Assembly (NCBI GenBank): GCA_965178125.1
Contig: OZ237744.1
Span: 558,001 to 622,000 of the forward strand
DNA length: 64,000 nt
Direction: 5' to 3'
Source of the DNA: Bilabrum cf. latius
Taxonomy: Eukaryota
Position 1 is the stretch's first letter. The number at the start of each line of letters is the position of its first letter. The notes under the pieces were generated by a model. It was not told the DNA's origin and made no database searches. It saw nothing but the letters and a program-made list of their open reading frames with translations. A program made the translations under genes and the position numbers. Shown here one piece after another: positions 35,801 through 47,169 of the stretch.

Positions 35801-38800
35801 AGGCAATCAGGGACGTCGGTCTCACCGAGAAGGAGCACCAGCAGACGCAGACCCTGTCCGGAGGACAGAAGAGGAAGCTGTCCGTGGCCATCGCATTCAT
35901 CGGAGACTCCCGTCTTGTGCTGCTGGACGAGCCCACGAGCGGTGTGGACGCGTACAGCCGGCGGTCGATGTGGGACATCATCAAGCAGCGCCGGTCGGGG
36001 TGCACCATCCTGCTGACCACGCACTTCATGGACGAGGCTGACAAGCTGGGCGACCGTGTGACGATTGCGGCTCACGGCAAGATCCAGTGCAGTGGCACCC
36101 CGCTGTTTCTCAAGAGTAAGTACGGCGTGGGCTACCAGTTGAGCATCGTGAAGAAGACATCCCGCGACGGCGACCGTGACTGTGACGTCCGAGCCGTGAC
36201 GCGGCTCGTGCGTGGCCACGTCGAGGGCGCTGACATCGCCAGCAACGTGGGCACCGAGCTTATCTACCGCCTGCCTCTGGGCCAGGCCGCCAATTTCGCC
36301 GCCATGTTTGCCGCGCTGGACGAGGACATGCAGAAGGACACCGCCAAGCAGCAGCTGAACATCACTTCCTATGGCGTGAGCGTGACTACCATGGAGGAGG
36401 TCTTCCTCAGGGTGGCCCACGGCGAGGCCCGCGACGAAGTTCTCGGCTCGGCGCAAAAGGCCGCCTCTTCACGCAAAGTGGGACAGAAGCCCACTGGTGG
36501 GGGTGCTGCCGGCGCGGCAACGGATGCCGGTGAGGTGGAGATGACTGACATGGACGGCAAGGCCACTCCCGCCAAGGAGCCGGCCGGCGATCCCGAGGAG
36601 GGCGGCCTCAGGGCGCAGCCCCTGACCATCGACGCGGTGAGGGAGCGTGCCCGCCGCGATGCGGACAACCTATGCGTGCGCCACTTTATGGCCCTGCTGA
36701 CCAAGCGTGCCTGCTACATCAGGAGGGACTTCCTGGCCTTCTGCTTCCAGCTGCTCATCCCGACCATCGTCGTCATCTTCGCCCTGCTGCTCCTGCGCAG
36801 CGGAACACCCACGGAGTTCCCGGAGGTCGTGCTCGACACGGCGGGCGTGCAGTCGCGCAACCTCGACACGCACGTCCCCATCCTTTCCTACTACTCGACC
36901 AACCCGGCCGCCAACGGCTCAAATCCAGTCATCGTGGATCGCATCGCTGAGATCACCGACTCGAATCTGGTTCTAAACATGTTCGGATCCGACAGCGCCG
37001 AGCTCCCCACCACGGGCCCGCTGATCGACCAGCTCGAGTAGGATCTGGAGGACGAGGCTAACTCCGAGTCGGGCGCGTTCACGCCGTTCAGGCGCCAGCT
37101 GCAGGGCGGACAGGCGCTGCCCCAGCCCGCGTATGACTACGCCCGTCTCTCGTAGTACCTGATCAACAACAGGGAGGCCCGTGAGTCGGCTCAGATGGGC
37201 GCGTTTGCGTTCAAGTCCAAGCTCTTCAACAACATCCAGGACGGCGGTGCCACTGCTGCATCGTACACTGTGCTGCACAACACGACCTACTACTTTGGCG
37301 CCGGTCTGTGGCCAAACATCATGAACAGCGCGTTGTATCGAGAGGCAAGGCAGTCACGTAGCGAAGCCGTCGACGAGTCGACGCACATCACGATGGCCAT
37401 CCACCCGCTGCCGTTTACCGCCCAGCAGGAGCTGTTTGTCGGGTCGTTCATTTCGCTGTTTGCGGCTCTTGCGATTCTGGTCGCGTTCTCGTTCATCCCT
37501 GCTTCCTATGCTGTGTTCATCGTGAGAGAGAGGGAGGTGAGCGCCAAGCATCAGTAGCTCATCTCCGGCGTGAGCATCTGGGCCTACTGGTTCTCGACCT
37601 TCGTGTTCGACTTCGCAACTTACCTGGTCCCCTGCTTCCTGACCATTGCGGTGATTGCCGCGTACAACATTGATGTGTTCATCGACACGGCTGACCAGAG
37701 GCTCGCGGGACTTTTCCTCATCTTTCTCGCATACGGCCTGTCCGTCGCTGCCTTCACATACTGCCTGACGTACCTGTTCAAGTCGTACACCGGCGCCCTC
37801 GTGTCCGTGCTGGCCCTCAACATCTTCGCCGTGCTGCTGATGATCGCTTCTTTCGTGATGGACAAGATCAAGTCTACGTGCAGGGAGGACCGCGTCCTGC
37901 GGTACATATACCGGCTTATTCCCGGCTACGCTCTCGGCAATGGTCTTCTGAACCTAAGCTTTCTGGACTCGCTCGCCCTCCTCGACCGCATCTGCGACGC
38001 GCAGCACAACCCCGACACCGATTTTGGCCAGCTGGAGGACTACAAGGCGCTGGACTGGAACGCGCTGGGAGCCAACATCTGGATGATGCTGATTGAGGCT
38101 GTGGTCTACTTTTGTATCGCCGTTGGTATCGACTACATCCAGGCCAACCCGGCCCTTCTCCGTATCTGCAGTATTGAGAGCACCGTGGCCCCCCCGCCGG
38201 CCAAGCACGTCGACCAGGACGTGCGCGCTGAAGCGCAGCGCGTACAGCCGATGGAGGGCAAGGGCAGCGATGACATTTTGATCGTCAAGGACATCCGCAA
38301 GTGCTACCCGGGCGGCAAGCAGGCGGTCAAGGGTGTGAGCTTCGGCGTGCCTGTGGGCAATGTCTTCGCCCTTCTGGGCATCAACGGAGCTGGCAAGAGC
38401 AGCACCTTCAAGATGCTCTCCGGCGACACCGTACCCACGGACGGCAGTGCCATGGTGGCCGGATACGACGTGGTGGAGCAGCAGATGGACGTACGGAGGC
38501 TGCTGGGCTACTGCCCCCAGTTCGATGCCCTGCTGGACCTACTCACCGTCCGCGAGCACCTTGAGCTGTACGGCCGCATCAAGAGCGTGCCCGAGGATCA
38601 GCTGGAAGACCTTGTCCAGCAAAAGATGCGGCAGATGGACATCGTTGAGTACGAGAACGTGCAGTCGTACCAGCTTTCTGGCGGCAACAAAAGGAAGCTG
38701 TCCGTCGCGATCGCGCTGATCGGCGACCCGCCGCTGATCCTACTGGACGAGTGCACGACTGGCGTGGACCCTGTCGCGCGCCGAAAGCTGTGGACGGTCA

Positions 38801-39666
38801 TTCAGGACATCACGGACAAGCAGCGGATTTGCAGCATTGTCATCTGCACGCATTCCATGGAGGAGGCGGAATCACTGTCTAACAACCTCACGATCATGGT
38901 CAGCGGCAGGCTCAAGTGCCTCGGCAGCACGCAGCACATTAAGAATCGTTTCGGCAAAGCCTACATGGCAGAGATCCGAATGGCAGATGTTCCTGACGAT
39001 AAGGTGGTCGAGCTCGCGCAGAGCCTGCTTAATGTTGGCGCTGACGTGCTGGACTCCCACCGGGTGTCGCGGGCTGAGATCAACCGGCTGTGCCAGACGA
39101 CGAACCGGAACGACAGGGTAGCTGCCATCGCACCAGGCCAAGCTGGCTGGGCCATCAACGCAGCGCTGATGAACGCTGAGCACTCTGCACCCCCTGCCAT
39201 GCGTGCTTCTGCCGGCATCTCGGCTCGCAAGTTCCTGCAGTGGTGGGCTGAGATGGACCAGGCCGAGGCCATGCAGGCCTACATCTGCAACGAGGCGTTC
39301 CCGGCCAGGAACGCAGTGCCCGGGTCTGAGGGGGTGACACGTGTGGTAGAGAGGCACGGTCAGATGTTCCGGTTCAAGATCCCGTTCCAGCGGGACACGA
39401 CCCTGGGTCAGATGTTCTCCACGCTGGAGGACTGCAAGGAGCGGCTCAACATGGAGGAGTACTCGCTGTCCCAGACCTCTCTCGAGCAGATCTTCAACCA
39501 ATTCGCCGCCGAGCAGGAGGAAGAGACGACCCTTGCTCCTGGCATGATCTCTGCCAACCAGTCCTCTTAGCAGCAACAGGCACAAGGCGGTGCTGCCTCG
39601 GTGGCAGTGTCGCCCAACCCAGCGCAGAGGGGCGTGACCGACCAGGGCAGCGGGAAGTTGGTCTGA
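32826..39666 (+). CDS. ABCA: ABC transporter subfamily A, full-size (two TMD + two NBD); several 5' introns
   Basis: Exon 1 'MQFFR[TAG]LFLLL', intron 32860..32950, then 'WKNFLLKIRSP...ELGLP'. Main exon from ~33811 with 'LGHNGAGKTT', 'LSGGQKRKLS', 'LDEPTSG', 'LGINGAGKSS' and 'LSGGNKRKLS'. TAG at 37039, 37153, 37555 and 39568; TGA at 39664. Exons between ~33026 and 33810 are unresolved. Confidence 0.95.
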
Positions 39667-39884
39667 CCTGGTCCAGGGTTTTGATTGATGTGTCTGACTG
39701 AGCATGGTTAACTCGTGCGATGTAAACACCGCCCAGTCCCACGCACGTGTATACCACCTTGGCATTGCGAACAACCAGCCGCCAGCACGACGGTCATCAT
39801 CATGTGCATCGAACCTTCGTCGCACATTTGAATTTTCCGAAGTTCCAGCTCAACATTTCTCCCCACCAGCCGGCCCAACAGATC

Positions 39885-41193
39885 ATGTTCATCGAAAAAG
39901 ATCTTCGCAAAGTGCAAGAAATTCTAGAGGATCCGTCTGATGACCGCAAGAAGCTGAAGCTTGGGCGCCGTGAAGCTCAGTTCAATGGAACTATTGAGGT
40001 CCTTACTGATGCAAGGTTTCACGATTCGCTAGGCAACTGCGAATACTTAAGTTTGTACAATAATAAGCTCCATACTATTCGCGGAATCGATGCCTTTCAA
40101 TTTTCGCCGCTCGAGTCCCTAAATCTGGGTAGAAATGAACTGAAGACGCTATCATCAGGATTGGGCAAGTTGGGCCATACCTTGCAGAGCCTGTGGGTAG
40201 AAGACAACTAGGTCAAGGGATTCCCTAAAGTGAGTTTTTAAAGATTCCGCCGAAGTGGATGGGATCCTCTTCCCATATCGAGTATACTCTGGCAGTAGCA
40301 TTTGAGCTTCGCAGGTGATTCTCTCGCTGAAACACTTGAGAGTCCTTCGGATGTGTAACAATCCCCAGATAGGCGGTATTCCTGATGGCATCCGAGCCCT
40401 TCCTCACCTGGAGGAAGTCGCATTCGAAGGTTGTGGAATTTCATCGATACCTGACGGGCTCTTGACACTGGGAAAGCTAAGACTGCTGATGCTCCGCAGG
40501 AACTAGATCAAGGATTTGCCCGAGCAAATCGGCAAGCTCGGATCAATACAGCGGCTTCATTTAAATGATAACTAGCTGCAGAAGCTCCCGGCCTCGATCG
40601 GGGACATGTCGAAGCTCGAAGTGCTGCTCCTCAACACGAACGAGCTGGACGAGCTGCCTGCTTCAATGGCTCGCCTGAGAAACCTTAAGACTCTCACTTT
40701 GAGCCACAATCAGATCAAGTCCGTGCCACCTGTCCTGCTGTCGCTGTGGCGCCCATCTTTGCCCGCCGGCCTGCGAGAAGCTGCAGAGGCCGTGACCATT
40801 GCTCTGTCGCAGTCGCAGTCGCCAGGGTCTCCAGGCCGGGGGCCTGCTGGAAAGCCCTCTGGCTCCGCAGCGATGGTAGGCGACGGGTCCGATGAGACCC
40901 CGGTGAAGGCAGGCCGTGAGTTTGCTGCAGGCCCAGCATCGGGGGCAGGCGCGGGTGGTGACGAGGGCGTCGATGATGGGGACAGCTTCGGTGCAGCGGA
41001 GGTGGCCGGCGAGACTATGTCCTTCGACCTCGATTTTACCGGGAATCCCGTTTGGAAGGACCCTGGTTCGCTGTTCACGCTCTCGTAGTACAGCACGCCC
41101 CTTGCGATGGAGTGGTCTAGGAAGAGGGCAGAGGCGGAGGAGGCGGCGAAGGCTGCCAAGCAGCGAGCCAGCAAGAAGGCGAGGGTGGGCTGA
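39885..41193 (+). CDS. Leucine-rich repeat protein (intron 40230..40314)
   Basis: Repeated LxLxxNxL/I..LP units. An 85-nt GTGAGT...GCAG intron restores the frame. TAG at 40209, 40504, 40573 and 41086; TGA at 41191. Confidence 0.85.
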
Positions 41194-41323
41194 ACCGAGT
41201 TCGAGATTGTTTGCCTTACCGCAGCATGATATTGACTAGATTAGAACAATCACTGTGCCTTTGAGTGCCATATTGCAGTTTGTCACCCAGAGGAACAGGG
41301 AGATCCACAGCAATGAATAGCCA

Positions 41324-44300
41324 TCAAAGCAGCAGCCACGCTGTCGACAGCACCGCATGCAGGCCGCCAGATTCGGCAAGGGATGGGTGGTGCGATTCTT
41401 TCGTCTCTGCATGATCGGAGGAAGTCCCCCCTTTCGGAATTTTGACCGAGCTGACCCCGAGGTCCTTGAATCCGAAGCCGCTCGTGCCGTACTGCTTGTC
41501 CTAGCTTGCCACCTGCAGCAGCATACATGATCCCGGCTCGAGCGTGTCTTCCGTCGCGGCGACCGCACGCGTGGAGGGCCTTCCCGCTCCCTTGGCCGAG
41601 CCACCAGTAGCACGAGCAGCAGTTCCAGACCTGCCACGACGGGCCCTGCCAGCCGACGGGCCGGATGTAGAGGCACGGTGCCCACGGCTGAACCACACAT
41701 TCTGTCCGCTATATTGGCCTACTGCCACCTTCAAGGAAGTGCGCTCGCTGGCGTTGACGAGTGCAACAACGCACATGGAGTCGTTCGTGAGCTGGTACAC
41801 CCCGGAAAGCGAGTCGCCTGTGCCGGTCGGCACCACCATCCGCACCCCGTGCAAGACACACCGCTGGATCATAGCACCTGCCACCACAGCCACGGGGACC
41901 TGCACAGGCGCAAGCCGGACAGGAGAGCTGCTGAGGCATTGCACCGTGAAAGGAGCGCCGCGTGGGTGCGCAGACTTCTCATCATCGCTGGCATACTTAG
42001 CCCGTGTCAGCTGTCCAAAGCCAAGAGGCAAGATCACCGTAGACGCGCCTTTGTCCTCGCGTGCAGTCTCCTCGTACTGGAGCAACACACTGTCATGAGT
42101 TTCCCTCCGTGCGTGGGCCAGCAGAGTTTGATACCCACATCTAAACTCTGGCTCAGCGGCTGCGGCAGAACCTGTGGCTCTGCCGGACACAGTCTATGGG
42201 AGCTCAAGGAGTGCCAGTCCGATATCCGTCATCGAATTTAGTTTCACCAGAGCCGATGGCTTGGGTTTTGCGGCGCCTGCAGTCCTTACCGCACTTGTAT
42301 GAGAGGGATGACTCGGGTGGGCTCCAGCGGTTCTATGAGTCGGTCTGCTAGATCCAGCCCCTGACGATGCACCCGTCTGCCTTGAGGACCTTGGGAGGAC
42401 GTGGCCATGACCCGTGGCTGCCGTTCGTTGCGAAGCTCGTGCCGTGTGCGAAGATGTGCGAGAAGCGCTGGATCGGCTGACTCGACCACGGCTCGCGGTG
42501 TGTGACTAGGCAGCTTCTCCCGGATCTGCGCCACCCATGGCTCCGTACAGGTCTGCAATGCCGCTCAATGCACCACCAGCGCTTGAGAGCCCACCTGACG
42601 TGAGTCGGCTGCCGCCGCGACCTGCCCTGGTCCGCGTGCTTCCAGCCTTCCTGGTGCGCCCAGTTCTACGAGCGGACGGCGACCCTGAGTGCAGCGGTGT
42701 CCTCTACCTTGACTCGGCATGAGAGGAGCCAGGCGATGCCACAGCGGCTGCAGCAATCTTCCGCCCCGCAGTAGCAGCGGCACCAGAAGTGGCACCACTT
42801 GCAGGGCTAGGGGGCGAACCCGCCCCTGTCCCGAAGCGCAGGCCCTGCGGCTCCTCCTCTGTCACTACCTTTGAATCATCGAAACGAACGGCAGGGGATC
42901 CCTCAATGTGTTCGTTCCACCAATGCATGAGGCGATCGGTGGGCTGCTGAATAGCAATCGTCATTTGCAATGAACTGCCGGGGCTGGCTGCCTCGACGCG
43001 GAAGGCTGGCCAATGCGTTGCGTCCTGGCTGTATGGGAGGTGCGCGGTCCGTCTTGCGTGCCACCAACCCTCGCGGTTTACCGCTAGCTCAACGACCCCA
43101 AAATACTTGCAGAAATCGCCAATGGACATGATGAAAGTGCCGTCTCCTTTGCGTCTCGCCCCCCGCACTAGAGCCGTGCGCCTTCCCCGTGAGCCTGCTC
43201 GGTGCTCGGTTGCAGCATCTACAGTGGAAGAAGCACTGCCCGCACCCCCAGGTGCAGATGAAGCTGCAGAGGCTGCGCCTGAGTCAGGGTACATGATTTC
43301 TTTGTCTGCCGGTTCCCAGCCCTTCCAATTCCTCGAGTACCTGCCAGTCCACCCGCCGTGACCCCACGGGTTTCGCAGGCGAACGAGCCGCACCCCCTTG
43401 TGCTCCAGAAGCGACAGTATGCTGTAAGCGTGGCGAATGCTCAGCCCGGCCGCTTCCGCCTCGCCTTGGATCCTCTTGAGCTCGGCACCTGATACCGCCA
43501 CCGTGTTCACGTCCACGCCGCACGAGGCGCCCATGATGTAACCCTCTCTGCGGTAGTGCAGCAGCCGCGCCCACACCTTGTTCACAATTGCGTCGCTCGG
43601 CGGGCCAGCAGCGCTCACTGGTGGGATTGGTGCCCCTTTCTTGACTCTGAGCGATGGTGGGAGAACGGTGCCGCCAGGTGCAGAGGCGCGGCGCAGCATC
43701 TCGGCTGCAGTGTGCATCGCCCGGGCGTGCTTGAGCTCCTCATTGGTTGCGCACACCGCGATGTGAAACTGCGTGGCTGGTGCACCGGTGAGAAGGCGGA
43801 ATCCCTCGGTGATGTGCCCCCCTTCGATGCTCGTGTAAGACCCGGCCACCTTGGCGCAAGCCTTCTCCACCAAAGGAACCCAAAGCTGCCTGCCTGGACC
43901 CCGCGTGAAGGCCATACGGCCAAATTCTGCATCGCATGGAATTCTGTCATCGATTGGCACTACGCACCACACTCCACCAACGCATAGACGGATCTGGTAG
44001 GCTCCCGCAGGTTGCACCTCAGCGGTCCTGACCACGTTCTTGAGCAGGTGCGGTCGCTCAGCCACTGCCGCCAGAGCAGACTGCAGCCAGCACGCACCCA
44101 GCGCCCTCTATATCACCGATGACGCGCCAGCTGGTTGCCCAGCGGAAAGAACCTGGTACTCGCTGTCGAAGCTGCCTGCGTCGTCCTGAATGGTTTCTGG
44201 TCGCCTCCAAGACACGGCGACCGTTTTATTGGTTTTAGTTCCACCCTTCACAATAACCATAACTACAGATGAATGATTTGCACCCAAGGAGTCTGAAGTG

Positions 44301-44455
44301 GCCGGGAAATCAGGATCCTCGAAAGAACTCGACTTGGAATTAGCATCGTGTAGCCACGTCTCAGCGGCTTCTTCCGCTGCTAGGGTTGTTGTATGGCCTG
44401 ACCGGGAAGCATCCGACCACTACTTTACCATTTCCGCTGGTTTGAGTCCATCCAT
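41324..44455 (-). CDS. Calpain-family cysteine protease (CysPc; SOL/calpain-15-like)
   Basis: 'FEDPDFPA', 'WRRP', 'VI[TAG]RALGACWLQSAL' (catalytic Cys), 'LWVPLVEKACAK', 'HAYSIL' (His), 'LRNPWG' (Asn). One frame with 6 TAGs; TGA at 41324. Confidence 0.88.
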
Positions 44456-44595
44456 CCCCGAAACACTTGATTTCAGTTGCGTTCTTAGCTGCGTTAGCCC
44501 ATTGCGTTGGATCCTTCAAAGGGTTCGCTCCGAACTCGAGCGAACCCACAGCGTTGCCGTCAACTTGCCGATTAGACTATCAAAATATCCTTGCT

Positions 44596-47055
44596 ATGTT
44601 GAGGAAACGCGCGCTAGTAGTTGGGGCTGGTGCATGTGGAATGCAGTTTGCCCAAACTTTGGCCGCAGTAGGCCTTGATACGGTGCTTGTTGATAGAATG
44701 GCAAAGCCAGGCGGTATATGGCAGCCAGCCCGGCAGCATGAGAGCGCCCCTGGAGTTACGTTTAGCACCCTTCGGAGCAACCTACCGATGCAAGGAATGT
44801 GTCTTCGACCAATACAACATGCACCGTCTATCCAGCAGCTACAATCCTTTCCGTCAAGTTAGCAACTGAGTTCGTATCTCTTGCAGTTCAGCCATAATAT
44901 GCAAGATATACCCTTTTGGATGGGGGCAACTGTGTCTTCAATTGTTCGCAACTATGAGAGTGATACTACCAGCGCTGCCAGGCGCTGGACTGCAACGGTA
45001 TCGTCGCCAAGCTCGGCAGTTCCAGTAGCAGTCGATGCCATTTCGGTAGGACCGGATACTTGGAGCCTTGGGGCTGATTTCGTTGCTTTTTGTGGGGGAC
45101 ATTACTCTCAAGAAGATGCAGAGTGGCCTAAAATCCCCGGATTATCAGAACTGCGATCCTCGGTAGCAGGCACAGTCATCCACTCGTGCAGTTATGATGG
45201 CCCAGGCCAGCTCGAAGGCCGGCGAGTCCTGGTGATCGGTGGCGGTTCTAGCGGAACTGACATTGCTAGAGATGCCGCTGCAGTTGGCAGGTGCTTCTGG
45301 GCGAAGAAAAGGAGCTGGAGCGGTTCATCAGGAGTAGCTGACCTCGGCAAACTGCAAGAGGTTGCTCCCGTGGTTGCTGTGCGAAAAAAAGCAGCGGCAG
45401 CAAGTCAAACGGATTCATCTGCTGGGCCACCCACCGGGTCCGCATCTTCGGGAGCTGACTCTACCGTGGTGGCAGAACTCGCCAACGGTGTCTCGATTGA
45501 AGTCGACATCGTCGTGGTGTGCACTGGTTATGCGCTTGCGGCGCCACCCATCTTCATTCCTACGCCCTCCGCGGGTACGGGTCTTAATCCAGCTTTGCCC
45601 GGTGGGGCAACAGGAAGCAAGGCAGAATCTAGTCATCATATCAGCTCATGTAAGGCCAGTAAAGGTATGCCAGAGGGCTATAGACAAGCCATATGTAGCA
45701 CGGCAAGCCCTGCAAGCGCTTTCGCGAAGTGCTTGGAGCCTCTGGTTTTGCACCTCCTTTACAGAGATGATCCTACTGTGTGTGTGGCGGGACTTCCACT
45801 CAATGTCATGCCGTGGCCACTGTTCAGGGATTAGGCAGATTTTGTTGCAACTTTTTGGTCCTCAATGGACAACAAGATGGTCTGGAGCCCCGCTGCCGGC
45901 GACTTGTCGTGGATGCGCGACGAGGTGGATCTCGCGGCGGCGAGGTCACTCATCGGGCTTAAGACCAGCGCTAAGCCGGACGAAAAGGATCCGCTACTGC
46001 TCAAGAAGCCGTGGCATTTCCTTGGTCCAGCCTAGTTTCATTATAGAATGCTGTTGCAGCGTTTGAGTGCTGCGATTAGCAACCCCACGGGGACTGCACT
46101 GCCTAGTCCTGCGCCCGAGTCTGTAGCTGGGCAATCAGCTGGAGTCGATCCCACCAAACTATGGATAGAGTACGGTACTCTGTACTTGTAGGCGTGCCGC
46201 GGAGCCGTTAAATCGGTATCAAGTGGGGATAAGGCAAGCGACACAAGATTCGCTGCTGCTAGTGGTGCTGGTGACCACTCACTCGGGGCAGCTGTTGTGA
46301 GCACTCCCGCTCCTTCTCTTCCTCGTTCAATTTTTGGCCCACCGACCCTTGCTGGGGCTGCGGCACATTTAAAACGGCTCAAATTTGCCATAGATTCAGA
46401 GGGTAAAGCAAGCGATACGGCGACGCTGCCTGTAGTAGCAGACGCGAGTGTGCTAGAGTCAGCAGTAACTGTCAAGCAAGCTGTTCCACCAGAAATCCCA
46501 GCCGATTTGATGATTCTCAGTGGATTCTGTCCCAAAGGACGAGCAACACAGACTGATAACTGTGTCTTGTATGCCCCAGGCCGTGACCAGGCTCAAGGAG
46601 ACGAATTAACATCCTCGTCGGGCTCAACCGATGATGTTGCCCTGCCTGGGATTCCGGTCGGTTTGTGCGTCCGTGACACCCCACTCGACCATAACAGGAG
46701 TGCAATACGTCGCATAGAAATGGACCGACTGGTGTATAAACTGTGTGGGGCAGCTAGGAATGCCGGTGAGGCGTATCGTGCGGCTCAATTCATGCATGTG
46801 ATCAGGGCAAACATGTCGGACAAGGCGAGCGGTGGGACCGCAGCCGGTGAGCCCGGCGCTTGTGCAGCCAAGGAAGATGCATCTAAGGCTGCCGCAACAG
46901 GGGGTATCAAACAACAAGTTGAAGGTGGGCGTGATCGTGTAGAGTGTGCAGCGCTAGGGGTGTTTCCCGGCAGTAGCGGCACCCGCCCAGAGTTGGTCGT
47001 CGTTGCTCCCGTAGCAGTGATTGATGCCATTGAGAGAGTCATGACTAGCTGGTGA
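44596..47055 (+). CDS. Flavin-containing monooxygenase-like protein with C-terminal extension
   Basis: FAD motif 'VVGAGACG', 'PGGIW', 'LRSNLP', FMO signature 'VIHSCSY', NADP motif 'VIGGGSSGTDI', 'CTGY'. TAG at 44860, 45832, 46033 and 46189; TGA at 47053. Confidence 0.85.
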
Positions 47056-47169
47056 AGCTACACATGAAATCAACACAGGGCTCGTGTTACTAAGAGCAAG
47101 GTCAGCACGCTCCAACCAACCATTTAATCTTGAGTCACGAAAAGCAAATCCCATATGGTGGAGCATGCG

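Noticed and set aside
14801-39825. Long antisense ORFs (e.g. 14801..16123, 35440..36456, 38872..39825)
   Set aside because: These are shadow frames produced by strong GC3 codon bias of the sense genes and carry no protein motifs.
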